Source of the DNA: an uncultured Gammaproteobacteria bacterium
GTDB taxonomy: Bacteria > Patescibacteriota > Patescibacteriia > JAHIZJ01
Assembly (NCBI GenBank): GCA_964371245.1
Contig: CAYJKP010000002.1
Location: 178,306 to 242,305 of the forward strand
DNA length: 64,000 bases
Reading direction: 5' to 3'
Part shown: in pieces, positions 27,717 through 37,630 of the stretch
Layout: each line of letters opens with the position of its first letter
Numbering within the stretch: the first letter of the stretch is position 1
The notes under the pieces: generated by a model
Databases searched by the model: none
Told to the model about the DNA's origin: nothing
The model's input: only the letters and a program-made list of their open reading frames with translations
Program-made: the position numbers and the translations under genes

Positions 27717-29756
27717 TTAATATATTTGCTTAAGCGTGACGCCGGTATAATAATACTGGAGAATTTCCGTCCAGGTTTTTCCCTGGCTGGCCATGCCCAG
27801 TGCGCCTTGGGCGCTCATACCAACGCCGTGGCCCCACAGGGTCATGCCCTTGCAGTTTGGGTCCGAAACGGAGACGAGCCACGGGTACGGCCCGCCCGAC
27901 CAGACTTCATTCCAGGAGCGCGTCCGGCCGTCGCTGCGCGAAAAATACGGCGTGATCGCAACCGAATTGTCAAAGGTAGCAATCGTGCCAGCCGTTGCCT
28001 TGGCGTTTTCAGCCATCTTCGGCGCGCGGAGCTCAAAATTATAGCCACGGTAGACCTGATCGTATTGGGCGTCGACGGTAAAATGGTCGGCCGCGTGTTT
28101 GGTGTTGCGCTGAATGTGGTAATAGGCGTAGGTTCGCGCAGCCGTGATGAGCGCTTTGACGAATTCAGGCGGCGCGTTGCCGGACGATTCGGCGAGCCCC
28201 CCGAGATATGATTCGAGCGGCAGTTCGTTGATGACCCATAATTTTTTTGTTGCTTCAGCCCAGCGGATTTCAATCACGCCGCGGAAACGGTTATCGTTCA
28301 GGGCCGTGTTCCAGGCTGGCCGGTTTTCATAGCTAAGTAACTCAACAACACCGTTCGGTTCTGTCGGCTCAAACCGCAAATATTGGGTCGCGGTATACCG
28401 CTTATGGCCGAGATCATAGAGATACGTGCCGTTGCTGTACGAAACAGCCACCGGCGTTCCGGCCTGGGCAGTCTGGAGCGTTCGTCCCTGGCCATCGACA
28501 ATCGCGAAGGTGGTATTGGCGGTCAGACGAATAAGCGCAGTTGTATTATACAATCCAACGCGAATATCCGGCTGCTGCCGTTCCCCGCCCACCGGTCCGC
28601 TGACGGTGATGTGATAACTAAATGTTCCGCCACTAAGCCAAGCCACGTTTTCTGCCACGATGCCAAAGGACTCGTCATAGACACCGGGCTGCAAGGGCGC
28701 TTTCAGCGTGAAGGAAAAACGGCCGACTTCGCCGGGCTTCACCACCGTGGTATCGAGGCGGGTCGGTCGATAATAATATTCGGTCCAGTTCTCGTGTTGG
28801 AAAGCTGAGAGACGGCCGGCAGGATTAGTGACGTTCAAGGCGATAAAATGATCGCCGGTATTCGTCCAAGCGGCCGTACCGGTATTCTTCGCGTCCGCCC
28901 AGACGGTAAACGAATCGCCCGGCTCAACGGTTAGGCTGGTCTTGCTTTGTTTCACAATTTTCGCCTGATACGGGGGCGGCGGGGGCGTAACGGTGAGGGA
29001 TAGTGAAATGTGCCCACCCTCGAGCCAAGTATAGTTTTCAGCCACTAAATTGTAGCTTTCGACGTAATCGCCGGGTTTGTCCGGAGCACGTAAGGCGAAG
29101 CGGATAGTCCCGGTTTGACCGGGCTGGACGAGTGGCTCAAGGAGCCGGGCCGGACGATAATCAGCCCGCCAAAAAGGGTGACGGAACGGCGACGTGCGGC
29201 CAGCCGGGTCAGTGACGTTCAGCGCGATAAAGCGATCACCAAAATTGGTCCAGATCGCGCTCCCGGTATTTTTAACCTTTATTTCAACGGTGAGCGAGCG
29301 GCCGGTTTCAACGGTAATCCGTCCGGTCGGCTGTCCGACGATGGTTGCCTGATATAACGGCGTCGGGGCAACAGCCGGGCGATAGGTCTGGACGCCCAAA
29401 ACCGCGCTCCCTTCGGCGGCGAGCAAGGCATGATCATTGACGGACGGTTGCTCGGGCAAGTCAACCGGCGGCATCAAATTGAAGTAATCGCCGACATAGC
29501 CCTGGCTGATCGTTTCACGAACCGCGTTTTGTTCGACCGTGCTCCAGATTTCGGCGCTGGCATTGTTGACCGTTTGGACAAAGTTCAACGCCTGGGCCGC
29601 GGCAATGACGCCAAGCATGAAAATAAAAAGACGGATTGTTTTTTCCGCCAACGCTTCACCGGTCCGGTCCCCACGATAAAAGGGCCCGCTGGAATTATCC
29701 AAGACGCCCTTTGCATGAAAAACACCCCAATTTTTATTTTGTTTTTGTGTTTGCAT
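27717..29756 (-). CDS. SpoIID/LytB domain protein with N-terminal tandem Ig-like (NTG-x-W) repeats
   Basis: C-terminal SpoIID signature (LESYLGGLAE...PPEFVKALITAARTYA...GHGVGMSAQGALGMA). N-terminal signal/TM. Two ~110-aa repeats (KNTGSAIWTN.GD.FIALNVT.PAGR). Confidence 0.7.
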   Translation of the reverse strand: MQTQKQNKNWGVFHAKGVLDNSSGPFYRGDRTGEALAEKTIRLFIFMLGVIAAAQALNFVQTVNNASAEIWSTVEQNAVRETISQGYVGDYFNLMPPVDLPEQPSVNDHALLAAEGSAVLGVQTYRPAVAPTPLYQATIVGQPTGRITVETGRSLTVEIKVKNTGSAIWTNFGDRFIALNVTDPAGRTSPFRHPFWRADYRPARLLEPLVQPGQTGTIRFALRAPDKPGDYVESYNLVAENYTWLEGGHISLSLTVTPPPPPYQAKIVKQSKTSLTVEPGDSFTVWADAKNTGTAAWTNTGDHFIALNVTNPAGRLSAFQHENWTEYYYRPTRLDTTVVKPGEVGRFSFTLKAPLQPGVYDESFGIVAENVAWLSGGTFSYHITVSGPVGGERQQPDIRVGLYNTTALIRLTANTTFAIVDGQGRTLQTAQAGTPVAVSYSNGTYLYDLGHKRYTATQYLRFEPTEPNGVVELLSYENRPAWNTALNDNRFRGVIEIRWAEATKKLWVINELPLESYLGGLAESSGNAPPEFVKALITAARTYAYYHIQRNTKHAADHFTVDAQYDQVYRGYNFELRAPKMAENAKATAGTIATFDNSVAITPYFSRSDGRTRSWNEVWSGGPYPWLVSVSDPNCKGMTLWGHGVGMSAQGALGMASQGKTWTEILQYYYTGVTLKQIY

Positions 29757-29962
29757 AAGCTTTTTGTTTTTGTTTTTCTATCTTTATATTATCATATTTT
29801 TCACAAAAAGTCAATGCGTATCGCCTCTCATAGACCCCTCTCGAGTGATGGAAAATCGGCTGTATTATTACTGAACAATTTTAGTGTTCACCACATAGAT
29901 GCTACCGTTTGCCAAGTACGCCCGATAAATGATATGATTTTGGCAGCATTGGTCTATTCATC

Positions 29963-31384
29963 ATGACACTAACCCGACGCATCGCTCACAATACTTTTTA
30001 TCAAACGCTCGGCCGAATCATCAGCACGATTCTCGGCCTCGTTGTTTTTGGCTTGTTGGCTCGCTATCTCGGCACGGACGGTTACGGACAATATTCAACG
30101 GTCATCGCGTTTATCCAGATCTTTGCCGTCGTGCTCGACCTCGGCCTCTATATTATCCTGATCAAAAAGATTTCCGAACCGGACGCGCCGGTTGATCGCT
30201 ATGTCAATAACGTTTTTACCCTGCGTTTCTTTTCAGCCATAATTTTTCTCAGCCTGGCGCCGGTCGTCGCGTTGTTTTTTCCGTATCCCGCCCCGATAAA
30301 AATCGGGATTGCCATCACAACTTTTTCGTATCTCTTTATTTCTTTAAATCAAGTACTGACCGGGCTTTTCCAAAAAAATCTGCAGATGAATAAAATCGCG
30401 GTGGCTGAAATCATCGGTCGGATCGCGCTCTTGGCGGCGACGGGCGCGGTGCTCTTTTTCCACCTCAATCTGTACGCCGTTTTTGGATCGGTCATTGCCG
30501 GAAGCTTGGCGAACTTTTTGTACGTGTTTATTTCAGCCCATAAATTTGTCCGCCTCCGCTTCACGTTTGAATGGCTGATCTGGCGCCAGGTTTTGAGCGA
30601 ATCTTGGCCGATCGGACTGTCCGTCGCGCTCAATCTGATTTATTTCAAGGCTGATACCGTGATTTTATCGCTCTACCGGCCAGCGGCGGATGTCGGAATT
30701 TACGGCGCCACCTACAAAGTACTTGAAGTCTTAGTCACAATTCCGGCAATGTTCGCCGGGCTGATCATGCCGCTTATCACCGCCGCCTACGTGGTCAAAG
30801 ATTTCGAACGCTTCCGGTTTATCGTCCAGCGGGCGTTTGACTTCCTGGCCATGATGGCCTTGCCGCTGATCGGCGGGACGATCTTTATTGCCACACCGCT
30901 GATGGTTCTCGTCGCGGGTGGCGAGTTCTCGGCCGCTGGTTCAGTTTTGAAAATCCTGGTCGTGGCCACCGGCATTATCTTCATCGGCAGCTTATTCGGC
31001 AACGCGGTCGTGGCCGTGAACCGGCAAAAACCGATGATCTGGGTTTATCTGGCTGTCGCGGCCATCTCGCTCACCGGTTATCTCATCCTCATCCCCCGGT
31101 ACAGCTATTACGGCGCGGCCGGCGTCACGGTCGCGTCTGAAACAATGATCATGCTCGGCTCTTATTTCATGGTCAATCATGCGGCTCGATTGAAGCTCAG
31201 GCTTGGCAAGGTTGGAAAAATGGCGCTCGCGACCGCAGTTATGTCAGGCGCCCTTTGGCTCAGCCGCGACCTCTCCTGGCTCTGGCTTGTTCCGATCGGA
31301 CTCGGTGTCTATGTCATTTGCCTTTATCTCTTCCGAGTCGTTTCAAAAGCCGAATTGAAAGAAATCCTATCGCTCTCTCGATGA
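29963..31384 (+). CDS. polysaccharide biosynthesis protein / Wzx-type flippase (MOP superfamily)
   Basis: 473 aa with ~12-14 TM helices and an N-terminal motif typical of PST-family flippases. Confidence 0.7.
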   Translation: MTLTRRIAHNTFYQTLGRIISTILGLVVFGLLARYLGTDGYGQYSTVIAFIQIFAVVLDLGLYIILIKKISEPDAPVDRYVNNVFTLRFFSAIIFLSLAPVVALFFPYPAPIKIGIAITTFSYLFISLNQVLTGLFQKNLQMNKIAVAEIIGRIALLAATGAVLFFHLNLYAVFGSVIAGSLANFLYVFISAHKFVRLRFTFEWLIWRQVLSESWPIGLSVALNLIYFKADTVILSLYRPAADVGIYGATYKVLEVLVTIPAMFAGLIMPLITAAYVVKDFERFRFIVQRAFDFLAMMALPLIGGTIFIATPLMVLVAGGEFSAAGSVLKILVVATGIIFIGSLFGNAVVAVNRQKPMIWVYLAVAAISLTGYLILIPRYSYYGAAGVTVASETMIMLGSYFMVNHAARLKLRLGKVGKMALATAVMSGALWLSRDLSWLWLVPIGLGVYVICLYLFRVVSKAELKEILSLSR

Positions 31385-32508
31385 AAAATGTTCTGATTTT
31401 AAAATTCCCTTACTCCTCTCAATACGGCGGCGGCGAACGCCACACCGTGTTGCTCGTCGAACAATTGCAGAAATTGGACGTGCGTTTTTTCCTCGTCTCA
31501 TCTTGTCCCGTGCTCCTGGCTGAATTCGGCCGGCGGCGCTGGCCAACGCAGAAACTCTGGCTGCCGCGCGAACCGGTTTCAAAGATCGCCCTGCTGCTTT
31601 TTCCGCTTTGGGCGTGGCTGGCCTTCTTCATTCTGATCGGCGTGCTTATCCGCGCCCGTTTTACCCAAGGCGTCCGGACCGTCTACTGCCTCTCCCTGAC
31701 GGAAAAAATACTGGCCGCCATTCCGGCTCGTCTCCTCGGGCTGAGGGTCATCTGGGCTGAACACGTCGGCTTTCACCGCTGGCTGACGAAAAATCCGTTG
31801 CGCTATTTTTATCGTCTGTTTTCAAAATTCGCCACGATCGTCGTGATCTCGCAGGCGCTTCAGCATCAGCTTGTCGACCTGGGCGTGGCCGAGAAAAACA
31901 TCACGGTCATCTATAACGGCTTTGACTTTCCCTATTTTACCGGTCTCCGCCAGCCCGCCGCCGGCCAGAAACCGGATCAATTTGTCGTCGGGACAATGTG
32001 CCGGCTGGAAAAAGAAAAGGGCGTTGAAGTATTATTACTCGCTTGTCAAAAAGCGATTGAAATAATCCCGTATTTGCGACTGATTATCGTCGGCGAGGGC
32101 GGCGAACGGAAGCGCCTCGAGTGGCTGGCGAAAAATCTGAGCCTTGATCGGCGTGTTCAATTCGTCGGCTTCCAGCAAGAACCGGCGCTCTGGCTCAGGG
32201 ATTTTGACGTGTTCGTGCTCCCGTCGGTCAAACGCGAGTCGTTCGGGGCGTCGCTGGTTGAGGCCCTGGCTTTGGAGCGGCCGGTGGTGGCCTCAAACCT
32301 CGAGGGCATCCCAGAAATTGTCAAACAGAATGAAACCGGCCTGCTGGTCCAGCCGGGCAATTCCGAGGAGCTGGCCCAAGCACTCATTTATCTCTATCAA
32401 CACCCCGAAACGGCCCAGTCGCTCGCCCAGCGGGGACGGCAGTATGTTGAAGGCCAATTTACCATCGAACGCATGATCAGCGCTTTTTTCCGATTGTTCA
32501 GCGAATAA
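31381..32508 (+). CDS. glycosyltransferase family 4 (GT-B, RfaG-like)
   Basis: Start ATG overlaps the flippase stop (ATGA). C-terminal GT4 motif (E.FG..LVEA.A...PVVAS...G..E.V). 375 aa. Confidence 0.8.
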   Translation: MKNVLILKFPYSSQYGGGERHTVLLVEQLQKLDVRFFLVSSCPVLLAEFGRRRWPTQKLWLPREPVSKIALLLFPLWAWLAFFILIGVLIRARFTQGVRTVYCLSLTEKILAAIPARLLGLRVIWAEHVGFHRWLTKNPLRYFYRLFSKFATIVVISQALQHQLVDLGVAEKNITVIYNGFDFPYFTGLRQPAAGQKPDQFVVGTMCRLEKEKGVEVLLLACQKAIEIIPYLRLIIVGEGGERKRLEWLAKNLSLDRRVQFVGFQQEPALWLRDFDVFVLPSVKRESFGASLVEALALERPVVASNLEGIPEIVKQNETGLLVQPGNSEELAQALIYLYQHPETAQSLAQRGRQYVEGQFTIERMISAFFRLFSE

Positions 32509-32509
32509 C

Positions 32510-34000
32510 ATGGGAAACATATTAAAACAATTACGCTCACGGGAAACGATCATCGGCGGTTTGTTCGTCCTTGCCACCGTGCTGCTCTTAGGATTGGCCA
32601 CCGCCAAGCTGCCGGTTCTGCTGCCGCTCGGCGGAGTTGTCCTGGCCGGCCTGGCGCTCTTCACCTACCGCTCGCCGTTCCTGGCGCTGCTGGTGATCAC
32701 CTTCTTCCTGCCGTTCGAGCGCATCGGTTCGTACGACGTCGCCGGCATCACCGTCCGGCCGAGCCAGATCCTGGCGCTCATCTTGATCGTCGTCTGGTTT
32801 TTGCACGGCGTGATCAATCGGAATTTCCGAACCCAGAAGAATCCGATCGTCATCCCGCTGATCGCCTTTCTCCTGATCAATCTCGTCTCGCTGACCGGCG
32901 CAGCCAATATCCAGCGCTCCATCCTCGTGTTCGCCTTTACCCTTTTTACCATCGGCTTCAGCCTCCTCATCCCGAATTACGTCACCGACGAGGTGAAGCT
33001 GCGGCGCGTCATCCGCATCCTCCTGATCACCACCACCTTGGTCGCGCTCTTTGGCCTGTGGCAATTCTTCGGCGACATGATTGGCCTGCCGACCACCCTG
33101 ACCGGGCTGCGCGAGCACTATACGAAGATCGTCTTCGGCTTTCCGCGCATCCAGTCGACCGCGCTTGAGCCGCTTTACTTCGCGAATTTCCTGCTCATCC
33201 CGATCGCCGTGATCTACGCGCTCCTGATCAGCCGCTCAAGCTCGATCAAAATGATCCGGCTCCTGCCGCTCCTCATCCTGACCGTTTTGAATCTCGTCCT
33301 GACCGTGTCACGCGGCGGCTATCTCGGCGTGATCGTCATCATTCTCGTGGTGAGCTTTGTCTATCTGCGGAAGATATTTCGTTGGCAATTTCTGGTTTCG
33401 CTGGTTGTTGGGATAGTGGTGGTTTGGTTTTTTGCCATCCGGGCACTCGGTTTCGGCGACGTTTTCCAGCTGAACGCCGAAACCTTCCTGACCCACATCG
33501 TCGATTCCTTTTCCGGACCAGCCTATACCGAGCGTATTGAGACATTTCAGTGGGCTGAAGAAGCCTGGCGGGCAAATCCGATCATCGGCATCGGGCCCGG
33601 TCAGTACGGACCGTTCGTCTCGTCTCATCCGTATATTGAGCCAAAGGAAGGCTGGAAAATCGTGAATAACGAGTTTATCGAATTGCTGGCGGAAACAGGT
33701 GTCCTCGGCTTGGCTGCGTTCCTGGTTGTCATCGGCAGCCTCGTCATCCGCTCGCTCAAGGCTATTGTCCGCGCGCGCACCCCCTATCTCCGGGCGCTCA
33801 TGACCGCGCTCCTGGCCGCCCTGCTCGGCATCCTTGCCCAGTATATGACCTTCTCTATCTTATACATCATGCACGTCTGGTTCCTGATCGGACTCATGGT
33901 GGCGGTCCAGAACATCATCCTGAATCCAGCCGTGGCCGAACCCGAACCAAAACCCGAAGAATTGGTTAGCCATACTACCATTCAGCCGCCTCAGCCATGA
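32510..34000 (+). CDS. O-antigen ligase/polymerase family membrane protein (Wzy_C domain)
   Basis: Polytopic protein with the TVSRGGYLG motif in a periplasmic loop, characteristic of Wzy_C/WaaL-like proteins. Confidence 0.65.
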   Translation: MGNILKQLRSRETIIGGLFVLATVLLLGLATAKLPVLLPLGGVVLAGLALFTYRSPFLALLVITFFLPFERIGSYDVAGITVRPSQILALILIVVWFLHGVINRNFRTQKNPIVIPLIAFLLINLVSLTGAANIQRSILVFAFTLFTIGFSLLIPNYVTDEVKLRRVIRILLITTTLVALFGLWQFFGDMIGLPTTLTGLREHYTKIVFGFPRIQSTALEPLYFANFLLIPIAVIYALLISRSSSIKMIRLLPLLILTVLNLVLTVSRGGYLGVIVIILVVSFVYLRKIFRWQFLVSLVVGIVVVWFFAIRALGFGDVFQLNAETFLTHIVDSFSGPAYTERIETFQWAEEAWRANPIIGIGPGQYGPFVSSHPYIEPKEGWKIVNNEFIELLAETGVLGLAAFLVVIGSLVIRSLKAIVRARTPYLRALMTALLAALLGILAQYMTFSILYIMHVWFLIGLMVAVQNIILNPAVAEPEPKPEELVSHTTIQPPQP

Positions 34001-35286
34001 TTATCGGCCTGATCAGCCTCGTTGTCTTTTTCGCTCTCGCCATTTTACGTTTCCAATGGGCGTCGCGCGCTTTGGTATTGCTGTTACCGACGTATCTGGT
34101 TCGTTTTTCCATATTCGGCATTCCGTTTACCCTGCTCGAGGGAATGATCTTGATACTCTTCGCCGTCTGGGTCGGCCGGGTGATCGTTTTCCGCGAAGGC
34201 CGAAAATTGGTCCTGCCCTGGAGATGGGTAATTCTCCTTTTCCTGGCCGCCGCGACCGCATCCGTGTTCGTGGCGCCGGAACTAAAGCCTGCGCTGGGCT
34301 TATGGAAAGCCTATTTCATTGAACCAGTACTATTATTTCTCGTGCTGGTGAACACGGTGAAGAAAACCTCAGAAAAACGCTGGCTCGTGTACGCTCTTGG
34401 TTTGAGCGCCATCTTCATCAGTCTCTATGCCGCTGGCCAATACATCGGGTTTTTCAAAAGCCCGGCGCCCTGGATCAATGAAACGCCCAAGCGCGTTTCC
34501 TCGGTGTTCGACTACCCGAACGCGGTCGGCCTGTATCTCACGCCCATAGTGGTTTTATTCCTGAGCTTTTTCGCGTTCAAACGCGCAGCTGCCAACCGCC
34601 TGTTCACAGCCTTTGTCGTGATCCTCGGCCTAGCCGCGATATTCTTCTCGTTCACCCGCGGGGCAATCCTCGGCTTCGCGGCCGCGCTGGTTTTTCTCGG
34701 CTTTGTCAGCGAACGAAAAAAATTGATCTGGCTGATAATCGCCGTTACCATCGGCACCAGTCTTATCCTGCCGGCGAGCCGTCACGTGATTAATTCAGTC
34801 GTCAGCGTGAAAGACACTTCGACCGACGTGCGCGTGGTCCTCTGGCAGGGCACCTGGAATCTCCTGAAAGCCCACCCCTGGCTCGGCGCCGGTCTGGGCG
34901 GCTTCCCTGCGCTCTACGATAAATACCGTCTGATCAAACATACGGAGCTCCTGCTTTACCCGCACAATATTTTCTTAAACTTCTGGGTTGAAATCGGCCT
35001 GGCCGGCCTGGTAGCATTTTTCGTTATTCTTTACTCTTTCTTTAAGAATGGCGTCCGCGCCATTCGTTTGGAAAAATCCCGCATCTGCGGCTACAGCCTC
35101 ATGGCAAGCATGATCAGCCTCGTTATTTATGGCCTCGTCGAAGCGCCCTATTTCAAGAACGACCTCTCAGCTTTGTTCTGGGTTCTGTGCGCCTTGGTGG
35201 TTATCGTCAGCCGGCAGGTTGAGCGGGACGATGTGCTTAGCCCCGAGGCATCGGAGAGGTTGAAGAAGAATAGGATGCAGGTTTGA
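33997..35286 (+). CDS. O-antigen ligase/polymerase family membrane protein (second, tandem paralog)
   Basis: Polytopic protein with FSFTRGAILG and YPHNIFLNFWVEIGLAG motifs of the Wzy_C family. Overlaps the previous gene by 4 nt. Confidence 0.65.
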   Translation: MIIGLISLVVFFALAILRFQWASRALVLLLPTYLVRFSIFGIPFTLLEGMILILFAVWVGRVIVFREGRKLVLPWRWVILLFLAAATASVFVAPELKPALGLWKAYFIEPVLLFLVLVNTVKKTSEKRWLVYALGLSAIFISLYAAGQYIGFFKSPAPWINETPKRVSSVFDYPNAVGLYLTPIVVLFLSFFAFKRAAANRLFTAFVVILGLAAIFFSFTRGAILGFAAALVFLGFVSERKKLIWLIIAVTIGTSLILPASRHVINSVVSVKDTSTDVRVVLWQGTWNLLKAHPWLGAGLGGFPALYDKYRLIKHTELLLYPHNIFLNFWVEIGLAGLVAFFVILYSFFKNGVRAIRLEKSRICGYSLMASMISLVIYGLVEAPYFKNDLSALFWVLCALVVIVSRQVERDDVLSPEASERLKKNRMQV

Positions 35287-35332
35287 GAAATGGCTAAGCT
35301 TGTCTTATGTGTTAATACGTCTGTATAAATTT

Positions 35333-35560
35333 ATGGAAATCAAAATCCTTGACGGCGCTAACCTCGACATCGACCTCGTTTCCCAGGACAAAACATCGTG
35401 GAAGCAAATGCCGTGCCCCTGGAACGAAGCCGATGGCACAAACGCTCACAAATGCGCGGTCAAAAATGTTTCAATCTGCGAGTATTTTTGCGGCATCCAA
35501 TATCTCGATAACGTGCTGTGCTGCTATCCGAACAAGAATGAATCGGTTGATAATAAGTAG
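35333..35560 (+). CDS. small Cys-rich hypothetical protein (75 aa, 7 Cys)
   Basis: Internal ATG chosen. No signal peptide. CPW...C...C..C....CC pattern. Confidence 0.3.
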   Translation: MEIKILDGANLDIDLVSQDKTSWKQMPCPWNEADGTNAHKCAVKNVSICEYFCGIQYLDNVLCCYPNKNESVDNK

Positions 35561-35597
35561 AAAAAGTGATTTCACCGGATCAAGCTGATTAAATCCA

Positions 35598-36233
35598 ATG
35601 GATAATCTCCCACATATTGATAAGCCCGGCCTGGCCGTCGACATCGACGAGACCCTCTCCTGGACCATCGGCTACTGGACGGAAAAGATGATGGAGATAT
35701 TCGGCAATCCCGAAAACCTCACGGTCAAGGAAATTATCGAGAAATACCGCTACACCCAGAACGTGCCCTACTGGCAGTCGGCCGAGGCGAAGCAATGGAT
35801 GCACGACAAGATCCATTCCGACGATCTGCAGAAAGAACTGCCGCTGATCGAAGGCGCGAATGACTACTTACAAAAAATATATTCTATCATTCCGATCGCG
35901 GCTTACATCACTGTCCGGCCACAGTCAGTAATCAAGGGTACGCAAACCTGGCTCGATAAGCACGGTTTTCCAAAAGCGCCCATCATCTGCAAGCCGCTGG
36001 ACGTAGTACATGGCGACGGCAATAAATGGAAAGCCGAAGTCCTGCAAAAGCTATATCCGGATGTCCTGGGAATGATCGACGACAACGCCAAACTGCTCGA
36101 TTTCCTCGACGCCAAATACCCGGGCGTTATCTTTCTCTACGACCACCACACGGTTGAGAGCACCCTCAACGTCATCGCCTGTAAAAATTGGGGGGAGGTG
36201 TTTGGAGAGGTGGAGAGAAATTTCAATAAATAA
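35598..36233 (+). CDS. HAD-superfamily hydrolase, possibly 5'(3')-deoxyribonucleotidase-like
   Basis: HAD motif I DIDET(L) near the N-terminus and a C-terminal DD motif (MIDDNAKL). 211 aa. Confidence 0.45.
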   Translation: MDNLPHIDKPGLAVDIDETLSWTIGYWTEKMMEIFGNPENLTVKEIIEKYRYTQNVPYWQSAEAKQWMHDKIHSDDLQKELPLIEGANDYLQKIYSIIPIAAYITVRPQSVIKGTQTWLDKHGFPKAPIICKPLDVVHGDGNKWKAEVLQKLYPDVLGMIDDNAKLLDFLDAKYPGVIFLYDHHTVESTLNVIACKNWGEVFGEVERNFNK

Positions 36234-36392
36234 TCAATAAAACATTATCTAATAGTTATAAATGAGGTATTTACGAGAATAAACTAATAAATATTAGTAG
36301 TAATCCATTAATAAGATGGATTTTTTTATGCTAATATTAGTTATTTTTAGATAATATATTTAGATCTATTATTTTTATCCACATTTTTTATC

Positions 36393-36420
36393 TTGACACA
36401 ATATTATATTATGATAGTAT
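36393..36420 (+). promoter_or_regulatory. sigma70-like promoter (TTGACA-16-TAGTAT) at the left end of the low-GC island
   Basis: Near-consensus hexamers within a 150-nt AT-rich spacer. The ORF tool start (TTG) coincides with the -35 box, so the real start is placed at the downstream ATG. Confidence 0.5.
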
Positions 36421-36452
36421 ACATATATATTAATTCATCTAATTTTAACAAC

Positions 36453-37622
36453 ATGACAAACAATCCTCTATTATTCAAACTCCCTGCCATTAGAATTCGG
36501 CAGAGAGAGGAAACAAAACAAGCAATATATACCGCAGTTGTAAAAGCAAAAGATTTCATTACAAGAGAAACTGAAAGGTTTGTAATCGATTATTATAAGA
36601 GAGAGGATGGGATCGAAGATGGCTATCAAAGACCATTGACACCCATCTCAGTAACGAAAATTAAAGATTATATTCTAAAAGAGGTAAAAAATCCTTTATT
36701 GCCTACGAGTATTCTCGTGAATGCGCGAGATAGACTAAAATTTGAAGCAATTAACGACCCATACGGCTACCTGACCATAGATCAACCATTATTTATTATT
36801 GATGGACAACATAGATTCGAAGCCTGGAAACAACTTATGCATGATGAAAAATTAAGAGAAGTTTTAGGTGATTATGAGTTTCCAGTTGTTATCTTGTCGG
36901 GCTTTGAGCAAATAAAAGAAATAGAGCAATTCTATGTAATAAATTCAAGGCAAAAAAGAATAAAAACAGATTTAGCTCAAAGAAATTTCTTAAAGCTTGC
37001 AGGTAATAAAAATACGGAGTCAATAATCCCGGAAAGATCTAAATGGACATTATACGCAACTAAAATAGTGGATATTCTGAATGAGCAAATAAATGATTCG
37101 ATCTGGCACGATAGAATCATATTACCAAGCGACGGGTCTGATTTAAGGAAAAGGAAGATTATTTCACAGGCGTCTTTTGTTTCATCTTTGAAGCCAATGT
37201 TCATTGGTAGAGATGCAATTTTCGCCATCAATGACGATGAACTCCCGAAATTAATAAAAAAGTGGGCAGATCTTGTTAATAGCTATTGGGATACAGTCTA
37301 TAAAATATATCCGGAAGCGATAGATAATCTTCATGATTACTCCTTAATGAAAACGGTTGGGGTCTTCTCGCTACACTTATTATTGGTAAAGATTATAAAT
37401 CAAAAAGGGCTAAAAGACACTATTCTTGATCCGAAAGTACAAACAGACATATTAAAAGAATCAAAAGAAAAAATTGAAGAAGCTAAAAAGCATACGTTTA
37501 AGTTGGATTTCTGGAGATCAAAAGTGTCAGATATTAAAAAGGACAGGGGTGAATATGCCGGATCATATTCATCATCTGTTGGACATAATAAAATTGTAGC
37601 CAGAATATTCCTGGGCTATTAA
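36453..37622 (+). CDS. DGQHR-motif protein (DndB/ParB-like nuclease superfamily), stand-alone
   Basis: Exact FIIDGQHRF motif, the diagnostic core of DndB/DGQHR domains. 389 aa. ~32% GC versus ~55% flanks. No dndACDE or dpdA partners in the window. Confidence 0.7.
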   Translation: MTNNPLLFKLPAIRIRQREETKQAIYTAVVKAKDFITRETERFVIDYYKREDGIEDGYQRPLTPISVTKIKDYILKEVKNPLLPTSILVNARDRLKFEAINDPYGYLTIDQPLFIIDGQHRFEAWKQLMHDEKLREVLGDYEFPVVILSGFEQIKEIEQFYVINSRQKRIKTDLAQRNFLKLAGNKNTESIIPERSKWTLYATKIVDILNEQINDSIWHDRIILPSDGSDLRKRKIISQASFVSSLKPMFIGRDAIFAINDDELPKLIKKWADLVNSYWDTVYKIYPEAIDNLHDYSLMKTVGVFSLHLLLVKIINQKGLKDTILDPKVQTDILKESKEKIEEAKKHTFKLDFWRSKVSDIKKDRGEYAGSYSSSVGHNKIVARIFLGY

Positions 37623-37630
37623 CAAGCCAT

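Noticed and set aside
32588-33118. 176-aa minus-strand ORF opposite the first O-antigen-ligase gene
   Set aside because: Highly charged low-complexity translation (Asp/Glu/Arg/Gln-rich). The plus-strand polytopic membrane protein is the real gene.
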